A stretch of 64,000 nucleotides of DNA, taken from NCBI GenBank assembly GCA_965218795.1, contig OZ244653.1, forward strand, positions 1,760,001-1,824,000, read 5' to 3'. The stretch is from a bacterium (GTDB taxonomy: Bacteria; UBA8248; JACPRG01; G963555815). Position numbers and translations under genes: made by a program. This document shows, in pieces, positions 29,354 through 43,324 of this stretch; the stretch's first letter is position 1; each line of letters opens with the position of its first letter. Under the pieces are notes generated by a model, which saw nothing but the letters and a program-made list of their open reading frames with translations, ran no database searches and was not told where the DNA came from.

Positions 29354-32086
29354 ATGGGGCGCAGGCTGCTCAAGACCTTCGGGGTTTTGATACTTCTTTG
29401 CCTCGCAATTCTGTTCGCCGCCCCTTACCTGGTGAGTCTGGATCGATACCGGGGCGTCATCGCCCGTGAAGTCGGCGCTCTCCTGGACCGGCGCGTCGAG
29501 ATTTCGGCTCTCCGGATCAGGATGTTTCCCCGGCTGAGTCTGAAAATCACGGGGTTCCAGATTCTCGATCCCCCCGATTTCGGCGGCAAGGCCGCGCTTG
29601 CAGCGAAGTCCCTCACGGCGGACGTCAGGTTTCTTCCACTCCTCGCCCGCCGCCTCGAGATTGGCCGCGTCAGCCTGGACCGACCCGTATTGGTGCTCCG
29701 CCGGACGGCGGAGGGATTCAACAATCTTTTCGGACCTCGGCAAAAATCGGCTCCGCCCCCCCCGGCTCCGGCCATCCCGGCCGAAACGCCGTCCGCTCCG
29801 ACGCCTCCCTCCAGTGAGCCTTCCTCCCCGCTTGCTGGATTCCTCATCGGCAATCTGAGTATTCGGGAGGCCGAGTTTCGAGTCGAGGACCCGCGTCTTG
29901 ACCAACCCGTCCACCTTCGCGGCATCAGCATGGACATGCTTCAGCCTTCTTCGGAGGCGCCCATCGATCTGCGGTTCCGCGCATCTCAGCCCGGACTCCG
30001 GCTCAGCGCGAAGGTCGGGCCGCTCAATCTGCAAAATGTCGCCGCAACTCCCATCGAAGGGCTTCTGACTCTCGGGGACGGCTGGCTCGACGCCCTCCAG
30101 CCCTGGCTTCAACCCAGGCTGAAGGCAGGCTCCTTCAATCTCAGGGACGGAAAGCTCTCGGGTGATCTCAAATTCGAAGGAACCCTTGCCCGGGCATCTC
30201 TACGCAGCCGGCTTTCGATCGGACCGCTCATCCCCCGTGGCGCATCGCCGACGTCCGAGGGGAGGCAGGCTTGGAACGCGGAAATCAAATCCAACCTGCA
30301 TTGGTCGCACCCTGAACCTGCTGCCCCCTACCGCGTTCAGGGCGACGGCGAATTCTCCCTCGCCGGGCTCCTTCTCCATCTTTCAGGGAGCGGAACCTTT
30401 GGACCCGGATCGAAAAGCTACAAAGCAGAAATCCAAGGCGCCCGGCTGCAGGCGGAGGACCTTCAACCGCTCGTCCGGGCCATTCTCGGGGACGACTCGG
30501 ATCAACTCCGATTGAAAGGACTGACCGCTTTGAACATCCAGATACGCGGCGAAGGCGCGAAGACCTCCGTCATCTGGTCCTTGGATGCGAAGGCGGTGAC
30601 GGCGCAATACGCGGATTTTTTCCGAAAGCCGGGGGGGATCCCCCTTCAGGTCAAGGGGACGGCCATTGCTTCTCCGGGAAATTTCGAGGTTCGAGATTTT
30701 TCATTCGCGTTACGACAGGTTCGCCTCCGAGGTGGAATGGCCTATTTCGGAGACACCCTCCGCCTGCGAGGGGAAACCGACCCCTTCAGTCTCGAGGGGA
30801 TGGATACCATCCTCCCGGCCATCAGACCCCTCGGACTGGCCGGGACGGTCCGCATCGGTCTCATCGCCAACGGCAGGATGGAAGACGTTCTGAGCCGCCG
30901 GTCCCAATTGGAAGTCTCTCTGGAGGAGGTGGCCGCGACGCTGTCCGGTCTCCCTCACCGCGTGCGGAACGTTCACGCTTTCATCGTGGTGACGCCCCAA
31001 TCCTTGCAGATCACCAAAAGCAAATTCCGAATCGGAAAGACCCAGCTTGCAGTGAAAGGAAGTCTGGTCGATTTCAATTCTCCGCGGCTCCGGTTCGATG
31101 TCCGGGCACCCTACTTCAGGCTCGATGACGTGCTCCCCCCGCCTGCAAAAAAGTCGGCGGCCTCCTTCCCGCCGGGATTCCAAAAAGCTTCCTGGGCTGG
31201 AACCCATCCGGCGCTTGTGGCGGCGGCGGAACAACCTCGGGTGAAAAACAAGGTCTCCCCCGGAGTCCGCTGGCTGAAGTCCGTTGAGGGGGGCGGAACC
31301 GTCCGCGTCGGGAAAGGAGAGGCCGAGAAGGTCCGGTTCGAGAACCTGGTCGCCTCCCTGCGCCTCAGCAGAGGAAAGGCATTCGCTGATCAACTCAAGG
31401 CGCAATTGTACCGTGGAACGCTGGAGGGCCGTGGTGAGTATGCCCTGGACCGTGTGCCCGCGCCGTTCAAGGCCCGCATCCAATTGAAAGGCGTCCGCAT
31501 CGAGCGGGCGGTTGCGGAGCAGGTTCCAGGGCCTGCCTTCTTGTCGGGAAGCCTCAATCTCAATGCGGATGTTGCCGGGAGGGGAACGGATGAAGCCTCC
31601 CTGAGAAAAACACTTTCCGCCAAGGGCGACCTCACCATTCAGGGCGGCGCGTTTCACCAGTTCGGACTTTTCGAAGACGTAGAAAAGCTCATCCGGATGC
31701 GTGGAATTTTCGGCGTAATCAACGGCAGAAAGCGGTTTCAAACCCTGAAAGGACCGTTCGAGATCAAGGAAGGGAACCTGATCCTGCCGGGTCTTCGGAT
31801 GGCCGCAAGCGGGGCATCCCTGTCCGGCAAGGGCCGAATCGGCTTTGACGGAAAGGGGGACCTCACCATCACCGCTTCCTTCGACGAGCAAGCCGCGCGC
31901 AAAATATCCAGGGGCATGTTGTCGGACCTGCTCTGGGGAAAAGAGGGCAAAATAGAAATTCCGTTCCGCATACAGGGGGATCTGCGCGAACCGCGGGTGA
32001 ACCTCGACCCCAAGTTCATCCAAAAGCGTCTGGGACAGGATACGGGCAAACTCATTATGGACACACTGGATAAACTCCTGCGCTGA
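29354..32086 (+). CDS. AsmA family protein
   Basis: N-terminal TM anchor, beta-rich repeats, C-terminal IPFRIQGDLREP; ~910 aa. Confidence 0.85.
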   Translation: MGRRLLKTFGVLILLCLAILFAAPYLVSLDRYRGVIAREVGALLDRRVEISALRIRMFPRLSLKITGFQILDPPDFGGKAALAAKSLTADVRFLPLLARRLEIGRVSLDRPVLVLRRTAEGFNNLFGPRQKSAPPPPAPAIPAETPSAPTPPSSEPSSPLAGFLIGNLSIREAEFRVEDPRLDQPVHLRGISMDMLQPSSEAPIDLRFRASQPGLRLSAKVGPLNLQNVAATPIEGLLTLGDGWLDALQPWLQPRLKAGSFNLRDGKLSGDLKFEGTLARASLRSRLSIGPLIPRGASPTSEGRQAWNAEIKSNLHWSHPEPAAPYRVQGDGEFSLAGLLLHLSGSGTFGPGSKSYKAEIQGARLQAEDLQPLVRAILGDDSDQLRLKGLTALNIQIRGEGAKTSVIWSLDAKAVTAQYADFFRKPGGIPLQVKGTAIASPGNFEVRDFSFALRQVRLRGGMAYFGDTLRLRGETDPFSLEGMDTILPAIRPLGLAGTVRIGLIANGRMEDVLSRRSQLEVSLEEVAATLSGLPHRVRNVHAFIVVTPQSLQITKSKFRIGKTQLAVKGSLVDFNSPRLRFDVRAPYFRLDDVLPPPAKKSAASFPPGFQKASWAGTHPALVAAAEQPRVKNKVSPGVRWLKSVEGGGTVRVGKGEAEKVRFENLVASLRLSRGKAFADQLKAQLYRGTLEGRGEYALDRVPAPFKARIQLKGVRIERAVAEQVPGPAFLSGSLNLNADVAGRGTDEASLRKTLSAKGDLTIQGGAFHQFGLFEDVEKLIRMRGIFGVINGRKRFQTLKGPFEIKEGNLILPGLRMAASGASLSGKGRIGFDGKGDLTITASFDEQAARKISRGMLSDLLWGKEGKIEIPFRIQGDLREPRVNLDPKFIQKRLGQDTGKLIMDTLDKLLR

Positions 32087-32097
32087 AGGATGCTATC

Positions 32098-35389
<3,292 letters not shown>

Positions 35390-35500
35390 CCGCGTATGCG
35401 GTCCGGATATAGTTACTGGGCCGGGATCAATGGTTCGATGATGAGGCGCGGTCGGCGAAGGCGCCCCTCGTCACTTCCGGCGCGCCGGAGAGGAGACTCG

Positions 35501-36364
35501 TTGAAAGTCAGAAAGGCCGTTTTTCCCGTAGCGGGATTAGGGACCCGCTTCCTGCCCGCCACGAAGGCATCTCCCAAAGAGATGCTCCCTCTTCTGGACA
35601 AACCGCTCATTCAATATGGCGTCGAGGAGGCCAAGTCCGCCGGAATCGACGAAGTCATCTTCGTAACCGGCCGCGGCAAGCGGGCGATCGAAGATCACTT
35701 CGACGTCACCGTCGAGTTGGAGCAAGTCCTGGAGGCGAAAGGGCAAACAAAGCTGCTCGAGGAAATCCGCGCCATCTCCAACATGGTCCAATGTGTGTAT
35801 ATCCGGCAGAAAAAAGCGCTTGGACTGGGGCATGCCATCCTTTGCGCAAAGGATCTCGTGGGGGACGAACCCTTTCTCGTCATCCTGAGCGATGACATCA
35901 TCGACGGGGCCCGCTCCGTCACGGCCCAGGCACTCGATGTGTTCAACGAACGGGGCGGAGCGGTGGTGGCCCTGGAAACCATACCGCGGGAGCGGATCGG
36001 CGCCTACGGCGTGATTGCCGGAGAGGCCGTGGGCGGCCGCGTGTGGCGGATTCAAGACTTCGTGGAGAAGCCGCCCCCAGAGGATGCCCCCTCGGAGCTG
36101 GCGGTCGTCGGCCGATACGTGCTGACCCCCCGAATCTTTGATATTCTGGGGGAAACTCAGCCGGACGGGCGCGGTGAAATTCAGCTGACCGACGGTCTTC
36201 GCGTCTTGTGCCAAAATGAGCCGGTGTTCGGCCTGGTGTTCGAAGGCAGACGATATGATGCGGGCAACGTGCTCGGATTTCTGGAGGCAACGGTTGAATT
36301 GGCTCTGAAGAGACCGGACCTGGCGGATACATTCCGGGATTATCTCAAAGGGCTCAATCCATAA
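35501..36364 (+). CDS. galU: UTP--glucose-1-phosphate uridylyltransferase
   Basis: KAVFPVAGLGTRFLPATKASPKEMLP, GLGHA, GEIQLTD; TTG start with AGGAG RBS. Confidence 0.95.
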   Translation: MKVRKAVFPVAGLGTRFLPATKASPKEMLPLLDKPLIQYGVEEAKSAGIDEVIFVTGRGKRAIEDHFDVTVELEQVLEAKGQTKLLEEIRAISNMVQCVYIRQKKALGLGHAILCAKDLVGDEPFLVILSDDIIDGARSVTAQALDVFNERGGAVVALETIPRERIGAYGVIAGEAVGGRVWRIQDFVEKPPPEDAPSELAVVGRYVLTPRIFDILGETQPDGRGEIQLTDGLRVLCQNEPVFGLVFEGRRYDAGNVLGFLEATVELALKRPDLADTFRDYLKGLNP

Positions 36365-36536
36365 ACGGGAGATGAACAGTCCGGCTCCTCGGACATAGAA
36401 GAGTATGAATGCCGATCCGGATGATCCTTTTATAAAGGTCGATTCACAGCCGCGCTCCACCGAGGCTCAACCCGCCTCTCCCACCTCCTCGGTCATCTTT
36501 TTCTCCGGCTCCGCCGGGTCCCCTTCAAACACATAA

Positions 36537-37832
36537 ATGGAAATCTCCGTCCTCCCGCGCATCCTGGCGTTTATCGTCCTTATGGCGCTCTCCGCGTTCT
36601 TCTCCAGCTCGGAGGTGGCGCTGTTCAGCCTGCGCAAATCCCGGTTGGACCAACTCAAGGCCAAAGGCGTGGCCGCTGCGGAGGTGGCCTCTTCGCTGCT
36701 CGCCCGGCCACGGCGTCTGATCATCACCATCCTGATCGGAAATGAGACGGTGAATCTGGCGGCCTCGGCGATCGTGGCTTCGCTGGTGATCCATTGGCTG
36801 GGCGAAGACTCAAAGTGGGTGGCCGTCCTGATCATGACCCCCCTGCTGATGATCTTCGGTGAGATCACGCCCAAGTCCGTCGCCCTGCGGCGGCCGGAGT
36901 GGACATCTCAGTGGGTGGCCCGTCCCCTTGCGGCGTTTGCCGTCGTGGCTACGCCCCTCCGTTGGCTCTTCCGGAATCTTTCGGAATGGATCATCCGGGG
37001 GCTGGGTGGCGGACGCCAGATGGCCGACAACATTCTCTCCGAGGACGAGTTCCGCATTCTCGTGGATATGGGCCATGAGGTCGGGGAACTGGAAGATCAG
37101 GAACGCAAGCTGATCCACAACATCTTCGAGTTCGGCGACACCCTGGTGTCGGAAATCATGATCCCCCGGCCGGACATCTTCCTTCTCTCCTATCACATGG
37201 CGCTGCCCGAGATCATCGAGGCCATTCGGGCCAACCCGCACTCCAGGATTCCCGTTTACCGAAATCAGCCCGGCAACATCACCGGCATTCTCTACACCAA
37301 GGATCTGCTCCATCTCCTTCGCGGCCGGCCGTCACCCGCAAGCGGCGTCCGTCTACCCCTCAGGGAGCCCTACTTCGTTCCTCCCAGCAAAAAGGTGAGC
37401 GACCTGTTTCACGATTTCAAGCGGAAAAAAACTCACATCGCCCTGGTCGTGGACGAATTCGGCGACCTGGCCGGCCTCGTAACGCTGGATGACGTCTTGG
37501 AAGAGGTCTTCGGCGATCTGCCCGCCCCCGCGGATTCGAACGGCTCAAGCGATATTGTGGCGCTGCCGGACGGCGGCTATTCAGTCAACGCGCGCGTACT
37601 GGTGGAGGATGCGCAGGAAGAGCTGGGACTGCGCCTTCCCGAGAGCCCCGCCGATACCCTCGGGGGATTCGTCATGGATCTTCTGGGCCGGCTCCCGAAC
37701 CCCGGAGAACGAATCGAACGCGACGGCTGCATCTTCACGGTGACCGAAATGAAGGGCCGGAGAATCCTGAGGGTGCGGATTGATGCGCCACCCGGAGGCG
37801 ACGGAAAAACCGGCGGGGAGGCCGAAGAATGA
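36537..37832 (+). CDS. hemolysin/CNNM family protein (DUF21-CBS-CorC)
   Basis: SAFFSSSEVALFSL, FGEITPKS, CBS pair, VVDEFG, TLGGF. Confidence 0.92.
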   Translation: MEISVLPRILAFIVLMALSAFFSSSEVALFSLRKSRLDQLKAKGVAAAEVASSLLARPRRLIITILIGNETVNLAASAIVASLVIHWLGEDSKWVAVLIMTPLLMIFGEITPKSVALRRPEWTSQWVARPLAAFAVVATPLRWLFRNLSEWIIRGLGGGRQMADNILSEDEFRILVDMGHEVGELEDQERKLIHNIFEFGDTLVSEIMIPRPDIFLLSYHMALPEIIEAIRANPHSRIPVYRNQPGNITGILYTKDLLHLLRGRPSPASGVRLPLREPYFVPPSKKVSDLFHDFKRKKTHIALVVDEFGDLAGLVTLDDVLEEVFGDLPAPADSNGSSDIVALPDGGYSVNARVLVEDAQEELGLRLPESPADTLGGFVMDLLGRLPNPGERIERDGCIFTVTEMKGRRILRVRIDAPPGGDGKTGGEAEE

Positions 37833-39061
37833 GCCTGGAGCTGGCCTTGGGCGTCATCGTCGTCTGCCTCGCGGCGGAATTCTTCTTCTCGGGCGCCGAA
37901 CTCGCAATGGTGGCCGCCGACCGCGTACGTCTCAAGACACGGGCGGACGCCGGAGAGCGCGGCCCCTCCCTGGCCCTGTCTCTCCTGGATACGCCCGAGC
38001 GCCTGGTCGCCACGACGCTGACGTGCCATAACCTGGCATTTGTCACCAACGTGACCGTGTCCACTTGGCTCATCCTCATTCTTGCAGGTCCCAAATACAG
38101 TGAGATTCTGACGCTGGTCGTCATGACGCCGATCCTTCTGGTCATCGGTGAAATCGTTCCCAAGAGCCTGTTCCGGGAAAAAGCCGACCAGATTGCGCCG
38201 AAAGCGGCTTATGTCGTTTGGGCCGCCTCAAAAATCTTTTCGCCGGTCGTGTATCTCGTGACGAAGATCACGGGAATCGTTCTGAAGGATGGAGAGGGCG
38301 AGCAAACGGTATCCGTGACGCGGGAAGAGCTGGCGCTGATGCTCCAAAAATCCACTGAAGGCGGCGACGTTCAGGTCGAAGAGCAAAAAATGATTCACCG
38401 TATTTTTGCGTTCCGGGACACCACCGCCCGTGAGGTGATGGTCCCGCTCGTGGAAGTGACGGAGATGCCGGAGACAGCCACCGTGGGAGATGTGGCATTG
38501 GCGATGGGGGAAAAAGCCTACTCCCGCATTCCCATTCATGGGGAGGAAACCCACAACATTCTGGGGGTGGTCCACGGTTTCGATATCCTCACCGCCCCTT
38601 CGGACGATGAGAGCATCCGGAACCATGTCAATGAAGTGTCATACGTACCCGAATCCATGCGGGCGGATGACCTGCTGCGATTGATGAGGGAGAAAAAGGA
38701 GCACCTGGCCGTGGTGGTGGACGAGTATGGCGGGAGCGTGGGGATTGTAACCCTGGAGGATCTCCTGGAAGAGATTGTCGGTGAGATCTACGACGAGCAC
38801 CAGGAAGCCCCCACCCTGTACGAACGTCTGCCGGACGGCTCTATCCGTATCGACGCCCGGATGGAAATCGACGAAATCAACGAAAACCTGGACTTCCAGC
38901 TTCCGAAGGGAAGGTTCGAGACGCTGGGCGGGTTTCTTACGGAAACGCTGGAGCGGATTCCGAAGGAAGCGGAGGTGCTCGAAACCGCCGGTCTCCGCTT
39001 CCGAATCACCGAAGCGACGGCCAAACGGGTGCTCGAGGTGGTCGTCCGCAAGCTCCCGTAG
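37829..39061 (+). CDS. hemolysin/CNNM family protein (DUF21-CBS-CorC), second copy
   Basis: FFSGAELA, GEIVPKS, VVDEYGG, TLEDLLEEIVGEIYDE. Confidence 0.92.
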   Translation: MSLELALGVIVVCLAAEFFFSGAELAMVAADRVRLKTRADAGERGPSLALSLLDTPERLVATTLTCHNLAFVTNVTVSTWLILILAGPKYSEILTLVVMTPILLVIGEIVPKSLFREKADQIAPKAAYVVWAASKIFSPVVYLVTKITGIVLKDGEGEQTVSVTREELALMLQKSTEGGDVQVEEQKMIHRIFAFRDTTAREVMVPLVEVTEMPETATVGDVALAMGEKAYSRIPIHGEETHNILGVVHGFDILTAPSDDESIRNHVNEVSYVPESMRADDLLRLMREKKEHLAVVVDEYGGSVGIVTLEDLLEEIVGEIYDEHQEAPTLYERLPDGSIRIDARMEIDEINENLDFQLPKGRFETLGGFLTETLERIPKEAEVLETAGLRFRITEATAKRVLEVVVRKLP

Positions 39062-39186
39062 GGGGGATCAATCGTCCGCCGCCTGGTTGTCGGTCGGCAT
39101 CCGATGGGCGAAGAAAATTTTCTGTGCCGTCGTGATCAAGGCTCCATTGACAGGTCCGGAGTGATGTGATTCGCCGGCCGAATCCG

Positions 39187-40137
39187 TCACCCGCATCCGT
39201 GTTCTCTCAATAATGCTTCGACCTCGTCAAGCCCCGGGATCCCCGTTCGGCCGCCGACGGCGCGACAGCTGAGCGCGGCGAATGCGTTGGAGAAATCCAG
39301 TATCCGCTGCGCGCCCCATCCCTGAATCACGCCGTAACAGACCCCCGCATGAAAGACATCTCCCGCTCCGGTCGTGTCCACGGCCTGGACTTCGAAGCCC
39401 GGGCTTTCGAAATAACGCTCGCCGTCGTAAGCGATCGCCCCTTGCCGACCCAGGGTCATTCCCACCACCTGCGGTCCCATCCCGCGGAGCGCCGCCAGCG
39501 CCTCCCGGGAGCCCCTCAGCCCCGTAAAAGCCGATGGGAATTCCTCGTTCCCGAAGGCATGGGTGCAAAGGCCGATGAGCTCGCCCGTTCCCTCCTTGAC
39601 CCGTTCGGCATCGATGACCACGGGAAGGCCCGCCTCCCGGGCCCACGCGGCCGCCTGAACCTCCGCCGGAAGATTGTGGCCGTCCACCAGCAGACATCGG
39701 CTCCGGGTCACCCATTCCTTCCGGATGTCGCCCGCTTCCAGCCGGGCCTCCCGGTCCCACACAATGGTGCGCTCGCCCGTATGGCCGTCGATCAGGACCA
39801 CGGCGCACTGGCTCCGCAACCCCGGCTTGACGACCACCGCGTCCACATTGACCCCCTGGCCCCTCAGCGATTCGACGGACATCTCGCCGATCTCATCGTC
39901 GCCAATCGCTCCCGCGTAGGCGGCCCGAAGGCCGAGGCGGGTACAGGCCACCATGGCTGTTGCCGCCTGCCCGCCTCCCTGCCGCTCGAAGGCGATCATA
40001 CCCGTTTTCGTGTTCGGGTCGGGGAAACGCGACAGCGAGCAGAGGAAATCGATTGAATTGAGGCCGATGCCGGCCACGTCGATTGGGGGATCTCGTTTCA
40101 CGAAGGTGGGGGCCTCCCCTCGCGGACCATCGCACAT
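39187..40137 (-). CDS. PfkB family carbohydrate kinase
   Basis: GGGQAATA, GAIGDD, VDTTGAGDVFHAG. Confidence 0.92.
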   Translation of the reverse strand: MCDGPRGEAPTFVKRDPPIDVAGIGLNSIDFLCSLSRFPDPNTKTGMIAFERQGGGQAATAMVACTRLGLRAAYAGAIGDDEIGEMSVESLRGQGVNVDAVVVKPGLRSQCAVVLIDGHTGERTIVWDREARLEAGDIRKEWVTRSRCLLVDGHNLPAEVQAAAWAREAGLPVVIDAERVKEGTGELIGLCTHAFGNEEFPSAFTGLRGSREALAALRGMGPQVVGMTLGRQGAIAYDGERYFESPGFEVQAVDTTGAGDVFHAGVCYGVIQGWGAQRILDFSNAFAALSCRAVGGRTGIPGLDEVEALLREHGCG

Positions 40138-40141
40138 CCGG

Positions 40142-40594
40142 TCACCGAATGGTGATGCGCCCGGTCATGCCCGCTTCCGTGTGTCCTTCGATGGCGCACC
40201 GCAAATCGAATCTTCCCGTCTGGACAGGGACGAACCACCATTCGGCCCGTTTTCCCGGGAGCACCTCAATTTCCCGAATGGCCCCTTTGACCTCCATCTG
40301 TCCGTCTTGAACCTTTCGGGTCCAAACCGCGGCGGCGAATCGCAGTGCGGTGAAATAGTGCTTCGAGGCGGAAGGGTTGATGAGAATCAACCGATAAAGC
40401 TTGCCTGTCTCGAAAGTCAGCTCGTTCGGTTTGAATACCAGATGACCCTTTTCCGTCCCCAGCCGGACCTCGATGGGGATGGGCTTCTGGCGGCTGAGGT
40501 CTCCGGCCGCCTGTAGGGCCGGTACCCACAGGGGAAAAAGGATCAGGGCGAAGAACCCAAAGAGAAACCCCTTGATTTGCGCCGCTTGCTTCAT
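40142..40594 (-). CDS. secreted cupredoxin (blue-copper-type) protein
   Basis: Signal peptide; ligand pattern H...C-x4-H-x4-M (KHYF...CAIEGHTEAGM). Confidence 0.82.
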   Translation of the reverse strand: MKQAAQIKGFLFGFFALILFPLWVPALQAAGDLSRQKPIPIEVRLGTEKGHLVFKPNELTFETGKLYRLILINPSASKHYFTALRFAAAVWTRKVQDGQMEVKGAIREIEVLPGKRAEWWFVPVQTGRFDLRCAIEGHTEAGMTGRITIR

Positions 40595-40991
40595 CTTTTG
40601 CTTCTCCTCTTTCTGTCGCTGATTTACAGCGTCGCCCAGCCATCCGTCATGATTCCAGGTAAAAAATCGTATCATTGGTTCGAGGCGGCGGATGATATTC
40701 CCCCATGAGCCGGGGAAGCGGTCAATCGGGGAATCCCCATACCGCCCGCAGACAAGGCATTGTCATACGGTTCTGCTCCATGATGGATATCCGGAAAATC
40801 CGCCTCGTCCTGCTGTCGGTTCTCCTTTGTCTCTTTTGCCGTCCACCCGGAATGGGAGCGTCCGGGGGTACGACGGTTCTTGGTTGGAATGGGGAAACCG
40901 TCCGGACCTGACTGTTCAACCGTAGACGCCGTGCGGGCATGCAAGCCGCCAGCCGTCTTCGGAACGGATCGGATTCAACGGACTTCACCCT

Positions 40992-41795
40992 TCACCCCTT
41001 CCGGTACAGACGGGCCGCCCACTTCGCATAGATGGACAACCCCAAGCTCAACAAGCCCGGAATCATCTTCGTCAGCATCACCATCACGGCCAGGCTGGCG
41101 GGAAGAACCACCTGCGCTCGATTGGACCGAATCGCCCGAATGGTCTTTCGACTCACTTGAGAGGCGCTCAGCACTGGCCCCTTCCGGTACTTCCCAGCTA
41201 CTTTCAAGCTGGGATGCGTATCAAAAAACGGCGTGTCGACGGTGCCGGGACAAACCGTCGTGACGCCCACCCCATACGGCGCCAGCTCGTACCGGAGGGC
41301 CCGGCTCATCGCGACCATCGCGAATTTAGAAGCGGAGTACGCGGCCAGATAGGGCGGGGCAATGAGCCCGGCGACGGATGCAAGATTGACGATGTGCCCC
41401 GACCGGCGTTTTCTCATATCCGGCGCGAACGCCAGGACGCCATGGACCGCCCCGAGGTAATTCGTCCGCGTCAGTCCTTCTATCTCCTCCGGACGATAGC
41501 CGAGCAACGGCCCTGTGAATCCGTAACCTGCATTATTGACCAACAAGTCGACGGCTCCCTCTGACAAGACCCTTTCCGCGGTCCCCCGAAACGCCTCCAG
41601 GTCCGCCACATCGCACGGAAACACCTCCGCCTCGCCGCCGGACGCGCGAATTTCCGTTCGCACATCCTCCAGTTGGTCGGCCCTGCGCGCCAATAGGACC
41701 AGCCTGGCTCCTTCGCGCGCGAGGTCCAGGGCCAACTGTCTCCCGATGCCGGAAGAGGCGCCCGTCACGACGGCCCGACACCCACGGATTTCCAT
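40992..41795 (-). CDS. SDR family oxidoreductase
   Basis: TGASSGIG, NNAG, YSASK. Confidence 0.92.
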   Translation of the reverse strand: MEIRGCRAVVTGASSGIGRQLALDLAREGARLVLLARRADQLEDVRTEIRASGGEAEVFPCDVADLEAFRGTAERVLSEGAVDLLVNNAGYGFTGPLLGYRPEEIEGLTRTNYLGAVHGVLAFAPDMRKRRSGHIVNLASVAGLIAPPYLAAYSASKFAMVAMSRALRYELAPYGVGVTTVCPGTVDTPFFDTHPSLKVAGKYRKGPVLSASQVSRKTIRAIRSNRAQVVLPASLAVMVMLTKMIPGLLSLGLSIYAKWAARLYRKG

Positions 41796-42059
41796 TCAGT
41801 GCTCCCGTTGGCTGATCCGACAAAGAACCCGCGGTCCGAGGACTCGCCTGGTGACCGCTCGGACGGATTCGAACGAACGATCACCGACGAATCACGATGC
41901 GATCCGCAAGGTGGCACAAACCGGCTGGTCGCGCAAGGACCATTCCAGCAATCAAGGGACTTCGATCGGCTCCCCCGACAGACATCTTCAGCCTGTCTTC
42001 ATTAAATCCTACGGGTTATCGGGGCTTATTCACGTGATGTTGCAAACCATCCCTGGAAT

Positions 42060-42089
42060 TTGACCTGTTTCTCGGCGGTACGGTAAGAT
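42060..42089 (+). promoter_or_regulatory. putative sigma70-type promoter of the LLM gene
   Basis: TTGACC-N18-TAAGAT. Confidence 0.45.
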
Positions 42090-42130
42090 TCACATTTTCG
42101 TTAAATATTCGATGAAAGGAGAGACTTCTC

Positions 42131-43135
42131 ATGGTTGAGCCGGTACGGTTTGGGATCAATGTGAATACACGGGTCCCCGTGATCTTCCCCGATTCCTATG
42201 ACCTCGATCAGCTCCTGGACTTGGCAGTCCATTCGGAAAATCTGGGCTACGATTCGGTCTGGGTGGGGGACAACTACTTCTCCAAACCTCGAATGGAATC
42301 CATTACGACCCTCTCCGCGGTCGCCGCGCGGACCCAGCGCGTGTCCCTCGGCACCGCTGCGTTGATTTCACCCCTCCGGAATACGATATGGCTGGCACTC
42401 GCGTGGGCGACCCTCGACCAGATATCCAAAGGACGCACCATCCTGGGTATCTGTGTGGGCGGGGGGAGCGCCGAGGCGGGCGGTCCCGGCTTCACGGCCG
42501 AATTCGATGTGGCCCGGGTGCCCTATAAGAAAAGGGGGCGGCTTCTGGAAGGACAGATCGAGCTCCTGCGGGAACTATGGTCCGAGGGCGCGGTCGAAAG
42601 GGAGAATGAATTTCACAGCATTCCCGGCATCGACCTGGAGCCGAAGGCTTCAAAGGAAGGCGGTCCGCCCATCTGGATTTCGTCCAATCCCCAGGTGTTC
42701 GATCTGGACGCGCCGATTGTCGAGCGGATGCTTCGGCGCGTCGCCCGGCTTGCCGACGGGTGGATGAGCTGCACGGCGACCCCAGAGGAATACCGGTCGA
42801 TCTGGAACCGCGTCTTGGAATATGCCGAACAGTGCGGCCGGTCACCGGACGAACTCACGCCCTCCTACCAGGTCACGTTGAACGTGAACGAAGACCGCGC
42901 TGCGGCCATGACGGAAGCGACTGAAACGCTGAACCGGTATTACACGATGGATTACACCGACCTGACCGATGGGATATGGGGCCGCGACCCGTTCGGCACG
43001 CCGCAGGAGGTTTTGGATCGCCTCGGCGCAATGAAAGAAGCGGGCGTCCGTTATTTCATCTTTCGGTTCGCCTCGCGTCACCAGAAAGAACAGGTGGATC
43101 GGTTCACGGAATCGGTCCTGCCGGGACTGCGGTAA
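42131..43135 (+). CDS. LLM class flavin-dependent oxidoreductase
   Basis: LGYDSVWVGD, LSAVAARTQRVSLGT, TLDQISKGR, PPIWI, RVARLADGW; AAAGGAG RBS. Confidence 0.92.
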   Translation: MVEPVRFGINVNTRVPVIFPDSYDLDQLLDLAVHSENLGYDSVWVGDNYFSKPRMESITTLSAVAARTQRVSLGTAALISPLRNTIWLALAWATLDQISKGRTILGICVGGGSAEAGGPGFTAEFDVARVPYKKRGRLLEGQIELLRELWSEGAVERENEFHSIPGIDLEPKASKEGGPPIWISSNPQVFDLDAPIVERMLRRVARLADGWMSCTATPEEYRSIWNRVLEYAEQCGRSPDELTPSYQVTLNVNEDRAAAMTEATETLNRYYTMDYTDLTDGIWGRDPFGTPQEVLDRLGAMKEAGVRYFIFRFASRHQKEQVDRFTESVLPGLR

Positions 43136-43174
43136 TCAAGAGGCTTTTCCGGGAAAACGATCCGGAGAATTCGA

Positions 43175-43204
43175 TTGACACCCATGAAACGACTCGGTTA
43201 AGAT
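43175..43204 (+). promoter_or_regulatory. putative sigma70-type promoter of the ABC permease
   Basis: TTGACA-N18-TAAGAT. Confidence 0.55.
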
Positions 43205-43324
43205 TCAGTCACGAAATCGTTTCAGAATATTCTCGCCGAATGACAACCGGTGAGCGAAAGGCATTTCCGGGGGGTCGGGTTCCGGGGGCGCCGTGACAAA
43301 ACCGCCCGAAAAGGGGTAGGGGTG

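Noticed and set aside
36537-39061. Tandem CNNM/CorC genes
   Set aside because: A common arrangement in many bacteria; not novel.
40672-40988. Overlapping small ORFs between the cupredoxin and SDR genes
   Set aside because: Mutually overlapping, no recognisable family; none could be supported.
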